The notes beneath the pieces were generated by a model. The model searched no databases. It was not told where the DNA came from and saw nothing but the letters and a program-made list of their open reading frames with translations. Position numbers and translations under genes: made by a program. Shown here one piece after another: positions 25,657 through 37,366 of a stretch of DNA of 64,000 nt. How positions within the stretch are numbered: position 1 is the stretch's first letter; every line of letters starts with the position of its first letter. The DNA is taken from NCBI GenBank assembly GCA_020536535.1, contig JAHLWZ010000868.1:3106-67105 (forward strand), written 5' to 3'. The stretch comes from Pelomyxa schiedti (Eukaryota; Protista; Evosea).

Positions 25657-25860
25657 GGTGTCGGTCGCTGGAGGTAGTCCTCGGTCGGGGTGATGGGGTC
25701 TTGCGGCGGTGGGTTGCTTGGTCCGCCGAGGAGTTTGGAGAGAAGATTGCCTATCTGCACGACGAAAGGAAAGGGTCATTGGCGTCTGACAGGGCTGGTT
25801 TTTGTTTTGCGCGTGTACTACGACATAAAATTTTGTTGTAGGTGCGCGTGGTTATACCAT
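22254..25860 (-). CDS. FG-repeat nucleoporin-like protein (Nup153/Nup1 basket-type architecture)
   Basis: Probable ATG-only first exon, then IGNLLSKLLGG. Contains poly-Q, a long S/T/P-rich region and C-terminal FG repeats (VFG, IFG, LFG, TFGF, FVFG). Ends in the basic tail TRRPKKT. Confidence 0.7.
25594..25655 (-). repeat. CAA/CAG repeat encoding poly-glutamine
   Basis: (TTG/CTG)n on + strand, inside the nucleoporin-like exon. Confidence 0.85.
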
Positions 25861-25965
25861 GATATTCGCGTCACTGCGATCGCTATGCGGCACTGTGTGT
25901 ACTTGACGCGAAAAGAATAATAATTTTCCTTTCACGACAGTTTTCATCAGATCGCTGAGGTTCCA

Positions 25966-26222
25966 TTCTAGGATTGCCTCTCTACAAGCCCTACCTAGGG
26001 TGTAGAACTAGAAGAGAGTCGCCAACAAGCGAGAGTGGTTGTAAACCGGATGAGAGAAGCACCTCAAATGTCCCCCTGAAGAATGTTGAATTTTCGCCTG
26101 ATGGGAAGGAAGCGATGTACGGTTCAGTCTTCCTCGTAATCGAGTATTCCTTAATTTCACATGTGGACAAAAAGCCCTTCCGTGGGGGACCGATGCGTCC
26201 GTGAGCTTCGCACTCATCACTC
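25966..26222. ncRNA. Candidate structured non-coding RNA, family unidentified
   Basis: Intergenic segment with a 5' compound hairpin and a ~190-nt rod of nested stems. Confidence 0.35.
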
Positions 26223-26280
26223 ACTAAATGTTTTGGTACGAAAAAAATTATCGTGCTCCTTGTTTCTTTCCCTCTTTGCT

Positions 26281-27930
26281 TCAGCTGTGGCTGTGGGAGC
26301 CAACAAAGACTTCCATAAATTGGAAGTCTGGATACTGAAATGAAATTTGGAGAATAGGCACTCCAGAGGGTGCATCTAGGATAGAAAGCTGGGAGGAGAG
26401 GGGATGTGGAGAAAAGGTGAACAGTAGGTCACAACACGAAAGAACCGCATCACAAGGTGACTCACTCATTGTTATTGTCCTCAGTGGGTCTGAGGGATTG
26501 CCACAGTCCCAAATTGAATAGCATGTCTGTTGCCACACACAAAACAGTGAGGCATTCACTTGGGTCAATCCACTAACTTCACCTGCCAGAATAGTTGCCC
26601 TTCCACCTGAATCCACAAGAAGAACAGCATCTGAGAAGCAGCCTCCAGCCTCAACATAGAGCCGCACTGCAAAAGCATTTTCTTCATCACAACCACTGTT
26701 CTTTCTCTTCAAAGCTATTGCCTGTGGTTCGCTCCACATTTGCACTTTCCTGAAGTAGGAAATGTCAGACTCGGTGGTGCTCAATACCACAATGGATTTT
26801 GCTTTGTATGACGCAGGCAGATCAATCTCAGTGAATTCCAAGGTCTTTGTTAATTCACTGCAGCACAGAATCACAGCTCTGTTTGGGATTGAGCTGTTTG
26901 CAATCACCGTGGTGCTGTTGTCAGCGAAAGCAGAAGGAAGATAGAAAGTTGCCTCTGTGGTGGATGGAGAGGGTTCAGAGAGATCCGCAATGTTGAAAGT
27001 GAGTGCACCCTCCTGGGAAAAACCCCATCCACAAAACCACTTGCCATTGAAGAGAGATTTCCTATCAAAAGCCGTCTCGTCATGCACTATCCACAAATCA
27101 TCCCACAAAAACGGCTTGACCGCATTCCCCCTGCCGTAGCCGCACCAAGACTCTCTGTCCAAGGAAAGCTGGCATTCGTCCTTCGCATCGTACAGCACGC
27201 ACCTCGACGGCCCAAGCCAGCACAAAACACCCTCGGGCTCGTCCGAAATCACCACCTTGCCCACCACTCCCAGAAGCCAAGGCGAGACCCACGCCGTCAG
27301 CGCGGTGCAGGGCTCCTCGTCCGCCCTGGACTTGCTGGGGTAGAACAGCAGGCGGACCCAGGTGGCCGCGGCGCCGGGCGGCTCGGCCGCGGTCCACAGC
27401 GACCACATGTAGCGCCGCAGCTGGCCGTCGCGGGTCGCGGGGCGCGCGGCGCTGCAGCGGCCGCACCGCTCGTTGGACGACGCCGCGAGCGCTACGAACT
27501 GGTCGCTGGCGTCCAGGCCCCCGGCGACGCGGGCCCCGCGGCACGCGGGCTCGCGTGCGACGACTACTGCGGATGTGGAGGGGGGCCTCCCCGATGACTC
27601 GCACGGCGGCGGCGCCACCGCTGCGGTAGCTGCTACTGCGGCGCCTGTCGACGGCGTGGTGGCCAGCGACGACGAGCCGGCCGGGGCCTGTGCGGGGAGC
27701 GAGGTGGGGCTCCGCGGAAGCTGGGCATCTAGAGTCGAGGCAGACCCATGCGCAGAGGCGGCAGGAGCAGCAGGGCATGTTGGGGGAGTCGCGGGGTGGC
27801 AGTGGGTCCTGTGGTAGCGCCAGTGGGCAAGCTGGCAGTCGCTGTCGCAGTACCACGCCCCCTTGCATGTAGAGCACCGGAGGCTGGCAGTCTTCCCGCA
27901 CTGGTAGCACGTGTGGGCAGTCGCGTCCAT
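26281..27930 (-). CDS. MYND zinc-finger protein with uncharacterised beta-rich C-terminal region (intronless)
   Basis: CYQC..RCSTC..WYCDSDCQLAHWRYHRTHC. Single uninterrupted ORF of about 549 aa from the ATG at 27930. Confidence 0.88.
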   Translation of the reverse strand: MDATAHTCYQCGKTASLRCSTCKGAWYCDSDCQLAHWRYHRTHCHPATPPTCPAAPAASAHGSASTLDAQLPRSPTSLPAQAPAGSSSLATTPSTGAAVAATAAVAPPPCESSGRPPSTSAVVVAREPACRGARVAGGLDASDQFVALAASSNERCGRCSAARPATRDGQLRRYMWSLWTAAEPPGAAATWVRLLFYPSKSRADEEPCTALTAWVSPWLLGVVGKVVISDEPEGVLCWLGPSRCVLYDAKDECQLSLDRESWCGYGRGNAVKPFLWDDLWIVHDETAFDRKSLFNGKWFCGWGFSQEGALTFNIADLSEPSPSTTEATFYLPSAFADNSTTVIANSSIPNRAVILCCSELTKTLEFTEIDLPASYKAKSIVVLSTTESDISYFRKVQMWSEPQAIALKRKNSGCDEENAFAVRLYVEAGGCFSDAVLLVDSGGRATILAGEVSGLTQVNASLFCVWQQTCYSIWDCGNPSDPLRTITMSESPCDAVLSCCDLLFTFSPHPLSSQLSILDAPSGVPILQISFQYPDFQFMEVFVGSHSHS

Positions 27931-28182
27931 CAGGACGGTCTTGCTCGAATTCGCCTTTTCAGGGAAAAGAAAATTGCCGTAGCATCTGATGGTGTCTTGA
28001 ACCAAAAAAGGGATTGGTGATGGGTGTTTTTATTAGGATACACCTTTGGCTTATTACACAACACAGAGGATGAAACAGCAAAGTGCAGGGGGGTGGGTCA
28101 TCAGGTCAGGCCATTGATCAGGTCCCTTCGCGATCTAACTCGGATTGCAATGGGGGTCCGGCCAGGCTACAAGGAGTAGGAG

Positions 28183-31100
28183 TTATTTTTGTGAGGTATG
28201 TTGTGTGGTTTGGGGTGAGGTAATAAAGGTTTGGAGGGAACGTACCCGGTAGACAATGGGTGGTTTTGGCTTTCTGGTCTGGAAGCCAAGTGAGTTTGAG
28301 TTAGGAGGAGGGGATGAAACCTTGACGGTTCGGGCTACTTTCTTGGTAGGCTTCGTTACCTGTATGTCTGAGATTGGCCAAAGTCTCTTGAGAAGAAGTA
28401 CCTTGGCTTCCAAATCTTCTGTGTTGGTAGGTGCGTTTCGCTTCTTGGGAGCTTTCCTCTTCTGACGTTGTGTCTTTGGCTTACCCTTCCTTGTGCGTTT
28501 GTGTCTATGGCCATCTTCACTAGAGCTACTTTCACTAGAGCTACTTTCCCCAGAGCTTCCACTGCTACTGCTGCTGCCACTGCTACTACTGCTTGAATAC
28601 TTGGCAGGTTTCTTCGGTTTTTCTTTCTTCACCTTGGGAACCGTGGAGGAGGCTGGAAGTACAGTGGATTGTACTTGGTCTTGGGGAGGTCCTTCCCCTT
28701 CAACGGGACACAGCTCAGCCTCTAATGCAATGTTCTCATGCTCCTCTTTTTGAACTTCACCTTGCGCGGCTTCTCCGATAACTTCACTGGCAATAGCATG
28801 CTCACTTTCTTTCTGTTTAGAGCCTGGGTGGTTATCTGGAGCCGGTTTGTTTGCGTCCGTAATGACTGTTGCATTCTTAGGTTTATCTTTCTCCTTCACT
28901 TTTTCTCGTGGGTGCTTTTTACTGGACTGTTCTTTGTGATCTTTTTTACTTGCACAAGTGCCTATTTTAAAGGAGCGAGATACTTTCTCGTGTGCCTCTG
29001 GGGTTGTTTGCACCTGAGGTGTACCCAGTAGTTTCTCTTGTAAGTGCTACAAAGAGTTAAACGTATTTCAGGAGACTGGCGTTCACCATCCATTGCTTGA
29101 AAAGTGGTTCATAGTCGACAGCAGCACGCAGGAGGTTATTTTCTACTTCTAGTTTCTTAATTTTTGAATCAAGATCGGAAACTTGTTGCCTATGCGCTCC
29201 CAGAAGTTTTTTATATTTATCTAGGTGAAAACTCAGTTAGGATGAAAAGAAAAGGAGTACAACTTTCAGTGGCTGAAAGTCTGTGCTTGTACACCATTTC
29301 TGTCATTTCAAATTGTTTGCGGTACAAAGCCATCTAAAATGACAAGTTCACAACTGCAAACTTACTCGTGCCTTACCTGCTGAGCAACAGAAGTCGCAAA
29401 CAATCTCTCGTTCTCTGCTAGCAATTCAGCCGTATCTTGGGAAACTTCAGCACGCACAACCCACTCCACACTGCGTGCATCTACGGCACTCAGTGTCCGC
29501 TTGAGTAATTCTATTTCACGTGCTTGTCTAGAATCTGTTTCACAAAATATGTGAAAAATACAACAAGTTTTTGGTTACTTGTGGATCCTTCATCAAGAAC
29601 CGGTTCTTCATTCTCATTGTTTAACTTCAATGGCCGGCGTATTGTATCAACGCGAGCGGCAGTTTTTAATTGCATAGCTAAAGCTGCAAATTCTAAAACC
29701 TGGTGCAGGGTCAAATACAATATTAGCTCATTCTGTCCTACATATTTCGTCTCCTTGTAGTCTTTTGGACTTGGGTTAGCGTTCACTATCATTGTCTATT
29801 TGCAGTTAGATGAGATGATTTCAAGGTACAATGAAGAAACCGCTTTTGCACGCTGGGTGGAGGTTAGTGTGAACGAATCCCGCAGCAATCGTGTGATCAT
29901 GCTTTCCCGCCAAGGAACATTCTCCTTTTGAGGGTGAGGGGAGGGAGGTATGTGGGGGAATACCTGTCTCATTGGGTTCTGTTGGTTATGGCGCAAGTTT
30001 TTAATTACACGGCCAAAAACGGTAAGAGATTTGTTAATTTTTAGTGTCTCTGCCAGTCTGTCACCTCTAGTGCGAATGAGATTATTAATGGACCAACAGG
30101 GCATACTCATTATTTGTCCTTGCCAACCTTTCCGACCCAGCAAAATCGACAACTTTAATTGTACCGGATCTGCCGAACTTAATACAAAATTTATTGGCAT
30201 GTAATACCTGTCTCCTTGTACTAACTTGATGGTAAGCAAACTGTGGCTGCGAGAGGAGTTTCTAAGAAAGAGATTAGATGTCGTTGCAGAATTGCAAAAG
30301 AAACTGATTAAGCTTTGTCTCAGCAGCTTGGCGTCTGCTTTGGCCTTTGAAGAGAATCTCTTGTGCTTCCTGTGACAATTAAAGGATGTAAACTTGATCA
30401 GAGGAGGCCACACCTTTCTTGACTCCACCTTGATTTCTCTCACACCCTCAACAAAAGAATGATTTTCAGCATCCCGCAGTTTGAGAGGCGTACGTGATGT
30501 AATATTTTCAGAAAACAGGTCAAATATTTCCTTATCAGTAACTTCCACAAGGCTCAATATCACAGAGTACTTCAATGGAGCTGTTTTTTTTTTTTGAGTA
30601 AAGTCAAAGAAATAAAAAGGAGCAACACTACCAGACGAGGAAGCAGAATTGTTTGCACTCTTTTCCACAGCTTGGAATAAATGGTCAATAAACCTATTAA
30701 AGTTAGGCTTTAAAATCGAGTTGGTTGTAAACCTGGGGATCATCCCTGGGCTCTCTCTCGATCCAAAGAGTGTGAAAGTTTTCCCAGCGTTTGTGATTCC
30801 ATAGGCAAAAAGCAAACTGCTCTTCCATGAAAGCAAATTTTCTACTTGAGGAACACCAACTGCAGAGAATATTTGCTCTTGGGTTGTGACCTCTGGGAAG
30901 ACATGTGTAAAAACAAATGTTGTCACATCAGGTGCGGCTTGGTTTGTTGCCTGTTCCTGTCCACCAAAATCAGTTTTAACAGGTGAGTCAAGAGACAGAC
31001 TGGTGGTTGTCGGAGTTGGCATGTTGTGTCATTGCAACAAATCATAGTGCGCTCAGTTGATTGTTCCACAGGTTTTATCCTCAAATATGTCTGAATGGTT

Positions 31101-31418
31101 TGATTTATATGACGTGACTACGAACAGGAGAAGAGGCAACAACATACTTGCATTACTTCGTCGTCCAGGTGGAGTGCTTCAGCATTACCCGGATCAAACA
31201 AAATTTTCTTCAAGCTCCTACCTTACAATTAGCTGCAAAACTACGTGGGCACACAAAAACCAAGAACAGTACCCCAGTTTTTCTGAACGAGGTGCCACTT
31301 TTTTTGCACTGTGCGGTGTCCGTAACACATGAGCAGCGGCCTTGTGCCTATCACTCGCAAAATCACTAGCGGCTGTTGTAGTCGTAGTAGTAGTCGTGGT
31401 TGACGATGCAGCGGCCAT
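28183..31418 (-). CDS. Kinesin motor protein, kinesin-6 (KIF20/KIF23-like)
   Basis: YLRIKP, FTHVF, FAYGITNAGKTFT, NSSRSHS, INKSL, VPWRESMITRLL and MIVNANP, followed by coiled coil and a basic tail. Confidence 0.92.
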
Positions 31419-31795
31419 GAGATGCACTCGTAAAGGGCCGCAGTGGTGACGATGATATTGAGATCACAATGTGTGTGTGGCCGTATAACCGTGGTCAAGA
31501 ATATTTAGACCCAGGACACCGACTTGCTGCTGCACGTTCTCGATTGAGAGGTTTTTCCGCAAAGAAAGGGGATTCAGAGTTGCAAGCTGAATGTGAGGTA
31601 CTTAGTTTGTTCAAGAGAAGGAGCAAGAGGGTGAGTCCACAATCACCATCAACCGAGATTGTAGATGAAATGTTCGAAGACCAGAACAGGGATTCTGCCC
31701 GCAAATATTCCCCTTCGTGTTAAACCGAAAAATAAAAATCAGGCATCGTAAGCCGGCTTGCGTGCGGTGTTGGATCTTTCAACGACAGCAAACAA

Positions 31796-32913
31796 ATGTC
31801 TGCGGATCTAGAACAACAACAGAGGCTAGCTCTCGAATCTGAGGGATTGTACGGCTCCGTTTTTTTTTCTTTCCCTGTAATGCTAGTACTGTGAGTTTTT
31901 TTTTTGACAAGGTCGTACAGCGACATGGAAATGAAAATATTACTAGTTGGTGATGCTGGAGTTGGGAAAACATCACTACTAACACGTTTTGTGGTTTGTT
32001 TGTGTGTGTTCCCTCAGAAACCTGTAACCACCTTTCAGAGTGATGCATTCTATGATGACACTCTTGGAGATGAATTTAGCTTCGACTTTGTATTTCCCAC
32101 CATCTCCAGAATGTATCTTAGTGTTGACATACTCCCTTTAGAAAGTGAAGCCAATTGACTACAAGGGCAAAAAAATAAAGTTGTACATTGTAAGTTCCCC
32201 CTTTTGTACTTTTTTTTTCGTGGCATTCCATTAAATATAAAACAGTGGGACACTGCAGGACAAGAAAGGTAGTTCCAAACGAGTGGGGGTGTGCTCACCA
32301 CGTGCTAACTTTTTTTTTTTTTTTTTTTTTTTGGTTCTTCTTCCCTTCATAGATTTAGGACAATTACTAGTTCATGTACTCCTCTTTGACAAAAACTGTT
32401 TTTTCACCCTCATGTTGCCCTCAGATTACCGTGGAGTACATGGTGTTTTTATAGTATATGCTGTAGATGACGCTGTAAGTAAAACAGGAAGTTTATCTTT
32501 CTTTTTAATTTCCCTTTCAGCCATCATTCAACAATTTAAAACAATGGATACAAGAAGTCCACCGATATGCACAAAACCCCACTCTGCAGCGTGTTATGGT
32601 TGGGAATAAAAGTGATATGGACAAGAAAATAGATGAAGAGCGAGGAAAGGTATCTCCCAGTGGAAAAAACCTTGTTTAACCATTTGTAGGCCTTTGCACA
32701 GGCCAATTCAATACCTTTCTATCAGACAAGCGCAAAAACAAACTCTCAAGTCACCGAGGTAACAACACAAAGGATTTTGGTTTCTACTAATTCCCTTAGG
32801 CATTTATGTCCCTTGTTGGGGCGATTGTCAGTGCCGGTGGCAGTGGCTCTGACACAGCTGCGGACTCAGGCCCAAAGATTGATGATGACAAACCCTGTTG
32901 TCTTCTCTCATGA
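31796..32913 (+). CDS. Rab GTPase (Rab1-related), 9 introns
   Basis: GDAGVGKT, WDTAGQERFRTITSSYYRG, GNKSD, TSAK and C-terminal CCLLS prenylation motif. Confidence 0.93.
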
Positions 32914-33101
32914 GTGACATACCTTTGTGTAGCTAAGCCTCATGCACCCTTGTTTTCCACTGTAAATTTGGGGTTAGAGCAAACTACTATTTATTTACTC
33001 ATACATTGCAGTCGACCATGAGCCTCAGGGCCTGTGTACAATCGATCAAAAAAAAAACTTTTGTTTTTACTGTAACTTCATTTCGGATCTATTAGCCCCC
33101 A

Positions 33102-34585
33102 ATGTCGGCCCCCGCCCTCGACGCACACGTTCCCCAGGTCATAGCCGTAGAAGCCTTCCCACAATTTTCTCCCGCGGTGGACGGCCAACCAACACACACC
33201 GCCGAAACTGCGAGAACCACCAGCTCCACTTCGACAAGCAGCCGAACCGAACAAGCTATTTTGAACGCAAATCGCAAGACCGACGAGTACGCCGAGGAAA
33301 GCGAGAGCGAGGACGAGAGCAGAAGCGGGAGCGATAGCGATTACGAGGATGATGACGGGGAGGAACTAGGCCCTGCGGAATCAGCGGATGTGACTTGTGG
33401 GTCCCTTCCTGAGAAGAGGAAAGCCAGTCCGACCCACAATGAGGAAAGCGACGACAGCGACGCAGCCGACGAACGGGACAGCTGCTCTGCCACCACACAA
33501 GTGACTGGGAGTTGGCACGCGTGCCCCAATTGTGGGAAGATGTTTAACAACACAGAGCACCTGGCGAGGCACATTCTGACTCACACTGGAGAGAAGCCAC
33601 ACGTTTGCACGGAACCGGGCTGTAAAAAGTCATACCGAACAATAACGCAGCTCAAGAGGCACGTTTTGGGCGCCCACACGAATCCCGAGGACAGACCCTT
33701 CAAGTGCGACGAGCCGGACTGCAAGAAGGCATTTTCTACGAAGCAACATCTTCTCAGGTCTGTGGGATGGTTGCCTCTGAGATATTCTCACTTCGGTAAA
33801 AAGGCACAAGAAAACACACATGGGCAAAGTTTACACATGCGAAGCCAAGGGATGCACAGAAGCTTTCTCCAAGAAAACTCAGCTTCGCGCGCACATGTCC
33901 TCGGCACACACCCACCAGGAAAAGAAACCATACAGTTGTCCTACATGCGGCCTTGCATTTCCTTATCCAAATCGCCTCAAAGAGTATGTTCTCCGTTAGC
34001 TTAAATTATACAACTCGGCTTAACATCCCTTCCAGTCATCTCAAGAGCTCCAAGCACCAGGTTATCCTATGTGGCTACCCAGGTTGCACAGAGCAATTCT
34101 CTACCAAGGGTGCAATGTCAGAGCACCTCCGCACTGCACATTCCAAACCAAAGCGAGAATGCCCCAAGTGCGGAACGTTCGTGGTTGATTTGTACTGCCA
34201 CATGAAGACCCACAATCCTAACCGGAAGATGTTCCCCTGTGCGGACTGTCCTGTCTCCTTCACCAGCCCTGTGAATTTGAAGCGCCACAGGCGATCAGTC
34301 CACAAAGACCCCGCCGCAGGGCCGGCAAAGCCCTTCGTCTGCACAGTCGAAGGCTGTGGGGCTGCTTACTGCTCCAATCAAGCACTGAAGAACCACGGCA
34401 AGAGAAACCACTCACCCCCAACAACTACAACTTCCACCACTACAACAACGAGCACACCCAATCAGGGGCCACCAAGGAAACGGTCCAGAGCTGTGCATGA
34501 CAGTCTTGTGCAGTCCATCATTGGCACTCTCCCACTCACAGAGAGCCAGACAAACCAAAATGAAGTTACCAACCCTTATGAATAG
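33102..34585 (+). CDS. GTF3A: Transcription factor IIIA (nine C2H2 zinc fingers)
   Basis: Nine C2H2 fingers counted after removing 2 introns. HTGEKP linker, several CxxxGC fingers and an acidic N-terminus. Confidence 0.8.
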
Positions 34586-34668
34586 ACATAATCTTCTATG
34601 GGAAAAAAAAAGTTGTTGGTTGCAAACAAGAATGAAACTTTGAAGTGGGGAATTTTTCTACACTAAAA

Positions 34669-35989
34669 CTACAATTTGGTTTGGGGTTCTTCAGTATCCT
34701 GCTGTAAAATAGCGTACCCAGTCAAAGTGGCAGGTGCAGCCCCAAAAAGTGACTTTGCTCGTGCTTCAAAAGACTGTGCTCCCGTCCTCACATTCTTTCT
34801 GTTGATTGGTTTGTCTAGGCACAATAAAGATCGGGTGTCAAACCTGAAGGCGATCAAGTACGCAATACTAAGGGCGAGAGGGGTGGTAGTAACAAGAATG
34901 CCATCCAAACTTGCCGTAACAACAGTACCTGGAAAAAAATAACTAAAGGGAGAAATGAAGAGTCGGGGTACCGGAAAGAGCTTGGACGATACCCAAAATC
35001 AACTGCAGTGTCATAACTGCCGCTACAATAATTGGGTAGGCTACCAGAGAGCCGAACAGATCCTTTCTTGCCGAAGCGTTTTGCACAGAGTTTTCCATTT
35101 GATATGTTTTCCTGGCTCGTTCTGATTTCATATGAAAAACATGGTACGTCGTAAAGCAGAGCAGAATGACACTTATACAAACAGGAAGGGTCACGCAAAC
35201 CATCTCAAACCTTGAGAAACGGGAACACCTAGTAATATTGGTTTAGTAACCATCGTTATGTATCAGTTGCGTGCCATATCCAATTCTCCAAATCAGCATA
35301 ATATTTCCCAACAGCAATTATTACTGCAATTGGGAGGGGCACCACGGTGCATATTATAAGGAAGGTGACCTCGTTGAAAAATCTCCTTTGTCCCCACTCC
35401 CACTTCAATACAATAGCAAGAAACAGGAACAAACACAAAGCCAGGAGCCACCAGCTAAAAGTATTTTTGTTAGTTCTTTTCCTTGTATTTTTTGACTCCA
35501 AAAAAAAAAAGAGGGTAACCTGCTGCTCAATATCGACCAGAATTGTGTAATCTCTGTAACAGAGTTCAGAGAAGAGGAGTAAGTTCAGTACTGGATAGAC
35601 CTATTATTGATGAGCAGAATATTTACCAGTAGACCAGCATAATCCGCTCTTCATCTCATCATTCGTCTTCATTACGTGGATGCCTTCAGCAGCCCAAGCC
35701 ATTAGGCTGAACGCACGCACTACAGCTGCCCCCCCGAGATACAGAGGCGCTCTGACAACAAACCTCTTCAGCACCACTAGCAAGTAAACAGACATGAAGA
35801 TGATAACTAGCATAATATGTTGTCAGATTTGCAGCACGCAGCAGTTGATGTCGCGTGTAGGAGGACCACCGCCCAAGATGAATTGATTGAAGTACTTGTG
35901 AATACATTCAATGACCCAAACGCCACATCTACGATGTAATCCGCGTAAAACGAGGCCGGTGGCGCTTCATAAGAACTACTTGTGTTCAT
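34669..35989 (-). CDS. Multi-pass (probably 7-TM, cAMP-receptor/Git3-like GPCR) membrane protein
   Basis: About seven hydrophobic segments across exons, N-terminal NTS sequon and polar C-tail. Confidence 0.6.
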
Positions 35990-36188
35990 TTTATATTAAA
36001 AGTATGTTTGTGTTTTTTGTACTTCTTGCTTCAGAGTTACCCGCAAGAGATAACAACGAAGGGAATGTGGGAGCAGGGAAGTGGTGTTGCAGTTTTTGGC
36101 ATTAGTTCCCTCCAGCAAAAGTCGAAGTGAGATTTCCGGAACGAACAAAATTGCACCAAAACAAATAAAAAAAAACGGTTGGCAACTC

Positions 36189-37366
36189 ATGAGCAGCACG
36201 AGTATACAGTCGAGTCGGTTGGGCGGTTATTGCTCTGCATCTAACACAACGACTTACACGTCGCGTTTTTCTGGCACTTCATCTTCTTCGCCGACGTCTT
36301 CGAGCATTGGATCTTCGCCGTCTTTCAACTCTACTTCGCCGGGCCGCGACGCTGGTGTGCACGGCACGATGAATGATTTAGTCTAACATGGACTCGGTAG
36401 AGAAGGCAGATATGTCCCTGCGTTCTGTCACAGAGGAGCGAGATAACTTGAAAAGGAGAGTGCAAGAACTTAGTGAAATGCTAGACAAGAAGAACTCCAG
36501 GTTTATGGATTTCTTCATTTACAGGGATTGCAGGATTCATTTGCGCAATAAGGATAAATGAACTTGAACAAACCATATTTTCAGCAAAACTGGCTGAAGA
36601 AGAGAACACCAAGAGAATTGTCGAACGCCATCGGCAGGTTTCCCCTCTTGCACGGCGGAAATTATCTAAACTCCATTTGTCAAGGATATTGCCTCTTTTC
36701 AACGTTCTAAGGAAGATGAAATATCAGAAATGAAACGCCATTTCCAACGCCAGGAAGAAGAAGAAAAACGTATTTCTGAGAGAATGAGAGTAAGAGGAAC
36801 AGACGCAAAGTGGGTTTTGTTTTGATTGGTTCTACAGGTAGAGGCGGCAAGCAACACCAAATTTGTAGAAGAAAGACTGAACCGGGAGATTTCAATTGTT
36901 AGGGGTGAGCTTGTCAAGTGTCAAAATGACTTGGCCAATGCCAACAAGAAAATCCTTTCTCTGGAAGAGTCCATTAGACTCCTTGGGGTTAAGCATGAAG
37001 ATGAAATGCGCGTTCTAACAAGGCACAATGAACAGGTACAATTTGTTCCGTTTGCACTCTTCCCTGCACTCACTCTTCGCACAGCGAGACCGAGAGAAGA
37101 CTCATGAACTGTCAAACCTGCAAGCGGCTATAATGAAAGCAACTGCGGATCTTAACGCCGCCGAGAGGGCAAGAGAGAAGGCTATTGACGAACTTCTGGT
37201 AGACCTTTTCCCACACTTCCTTTCTTACTCCCAACAGAACCTTCAACACGCCCATGAGTCACTCACAGGAGAGGTTAGTGTTTAAGCTTGTCATGCTCCT
37301 CACTAACACAAAAACAAAAAGCGCAACGATCTTCTTGCTCGTCTGCGCCAGATAGGGCAATCCTAG
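36189..37366 (+). CDS. Coiled-coil protein of unknown function
   Basis: Ser-rich N-terminus, then E/K/R/L heptad-rich exons (EERLNREISIVRGELVKCQNDL...). Confidence 0.7.

Noticed and set aside
28110-28165. U1 snRNA-like loops (AUUGCA, GAUCGCGAAG) on the - strand
   Set aside because: The loops are in the wrong order, and there is no ACUUACCUG 5' end or Sm site.
31450-31720. Scattered short stems between the kinesin and Rab starts
   Set aside because: The stems are short and not clearly beyond chance. The region is adequately explained as a divergent promoter/UTRs.
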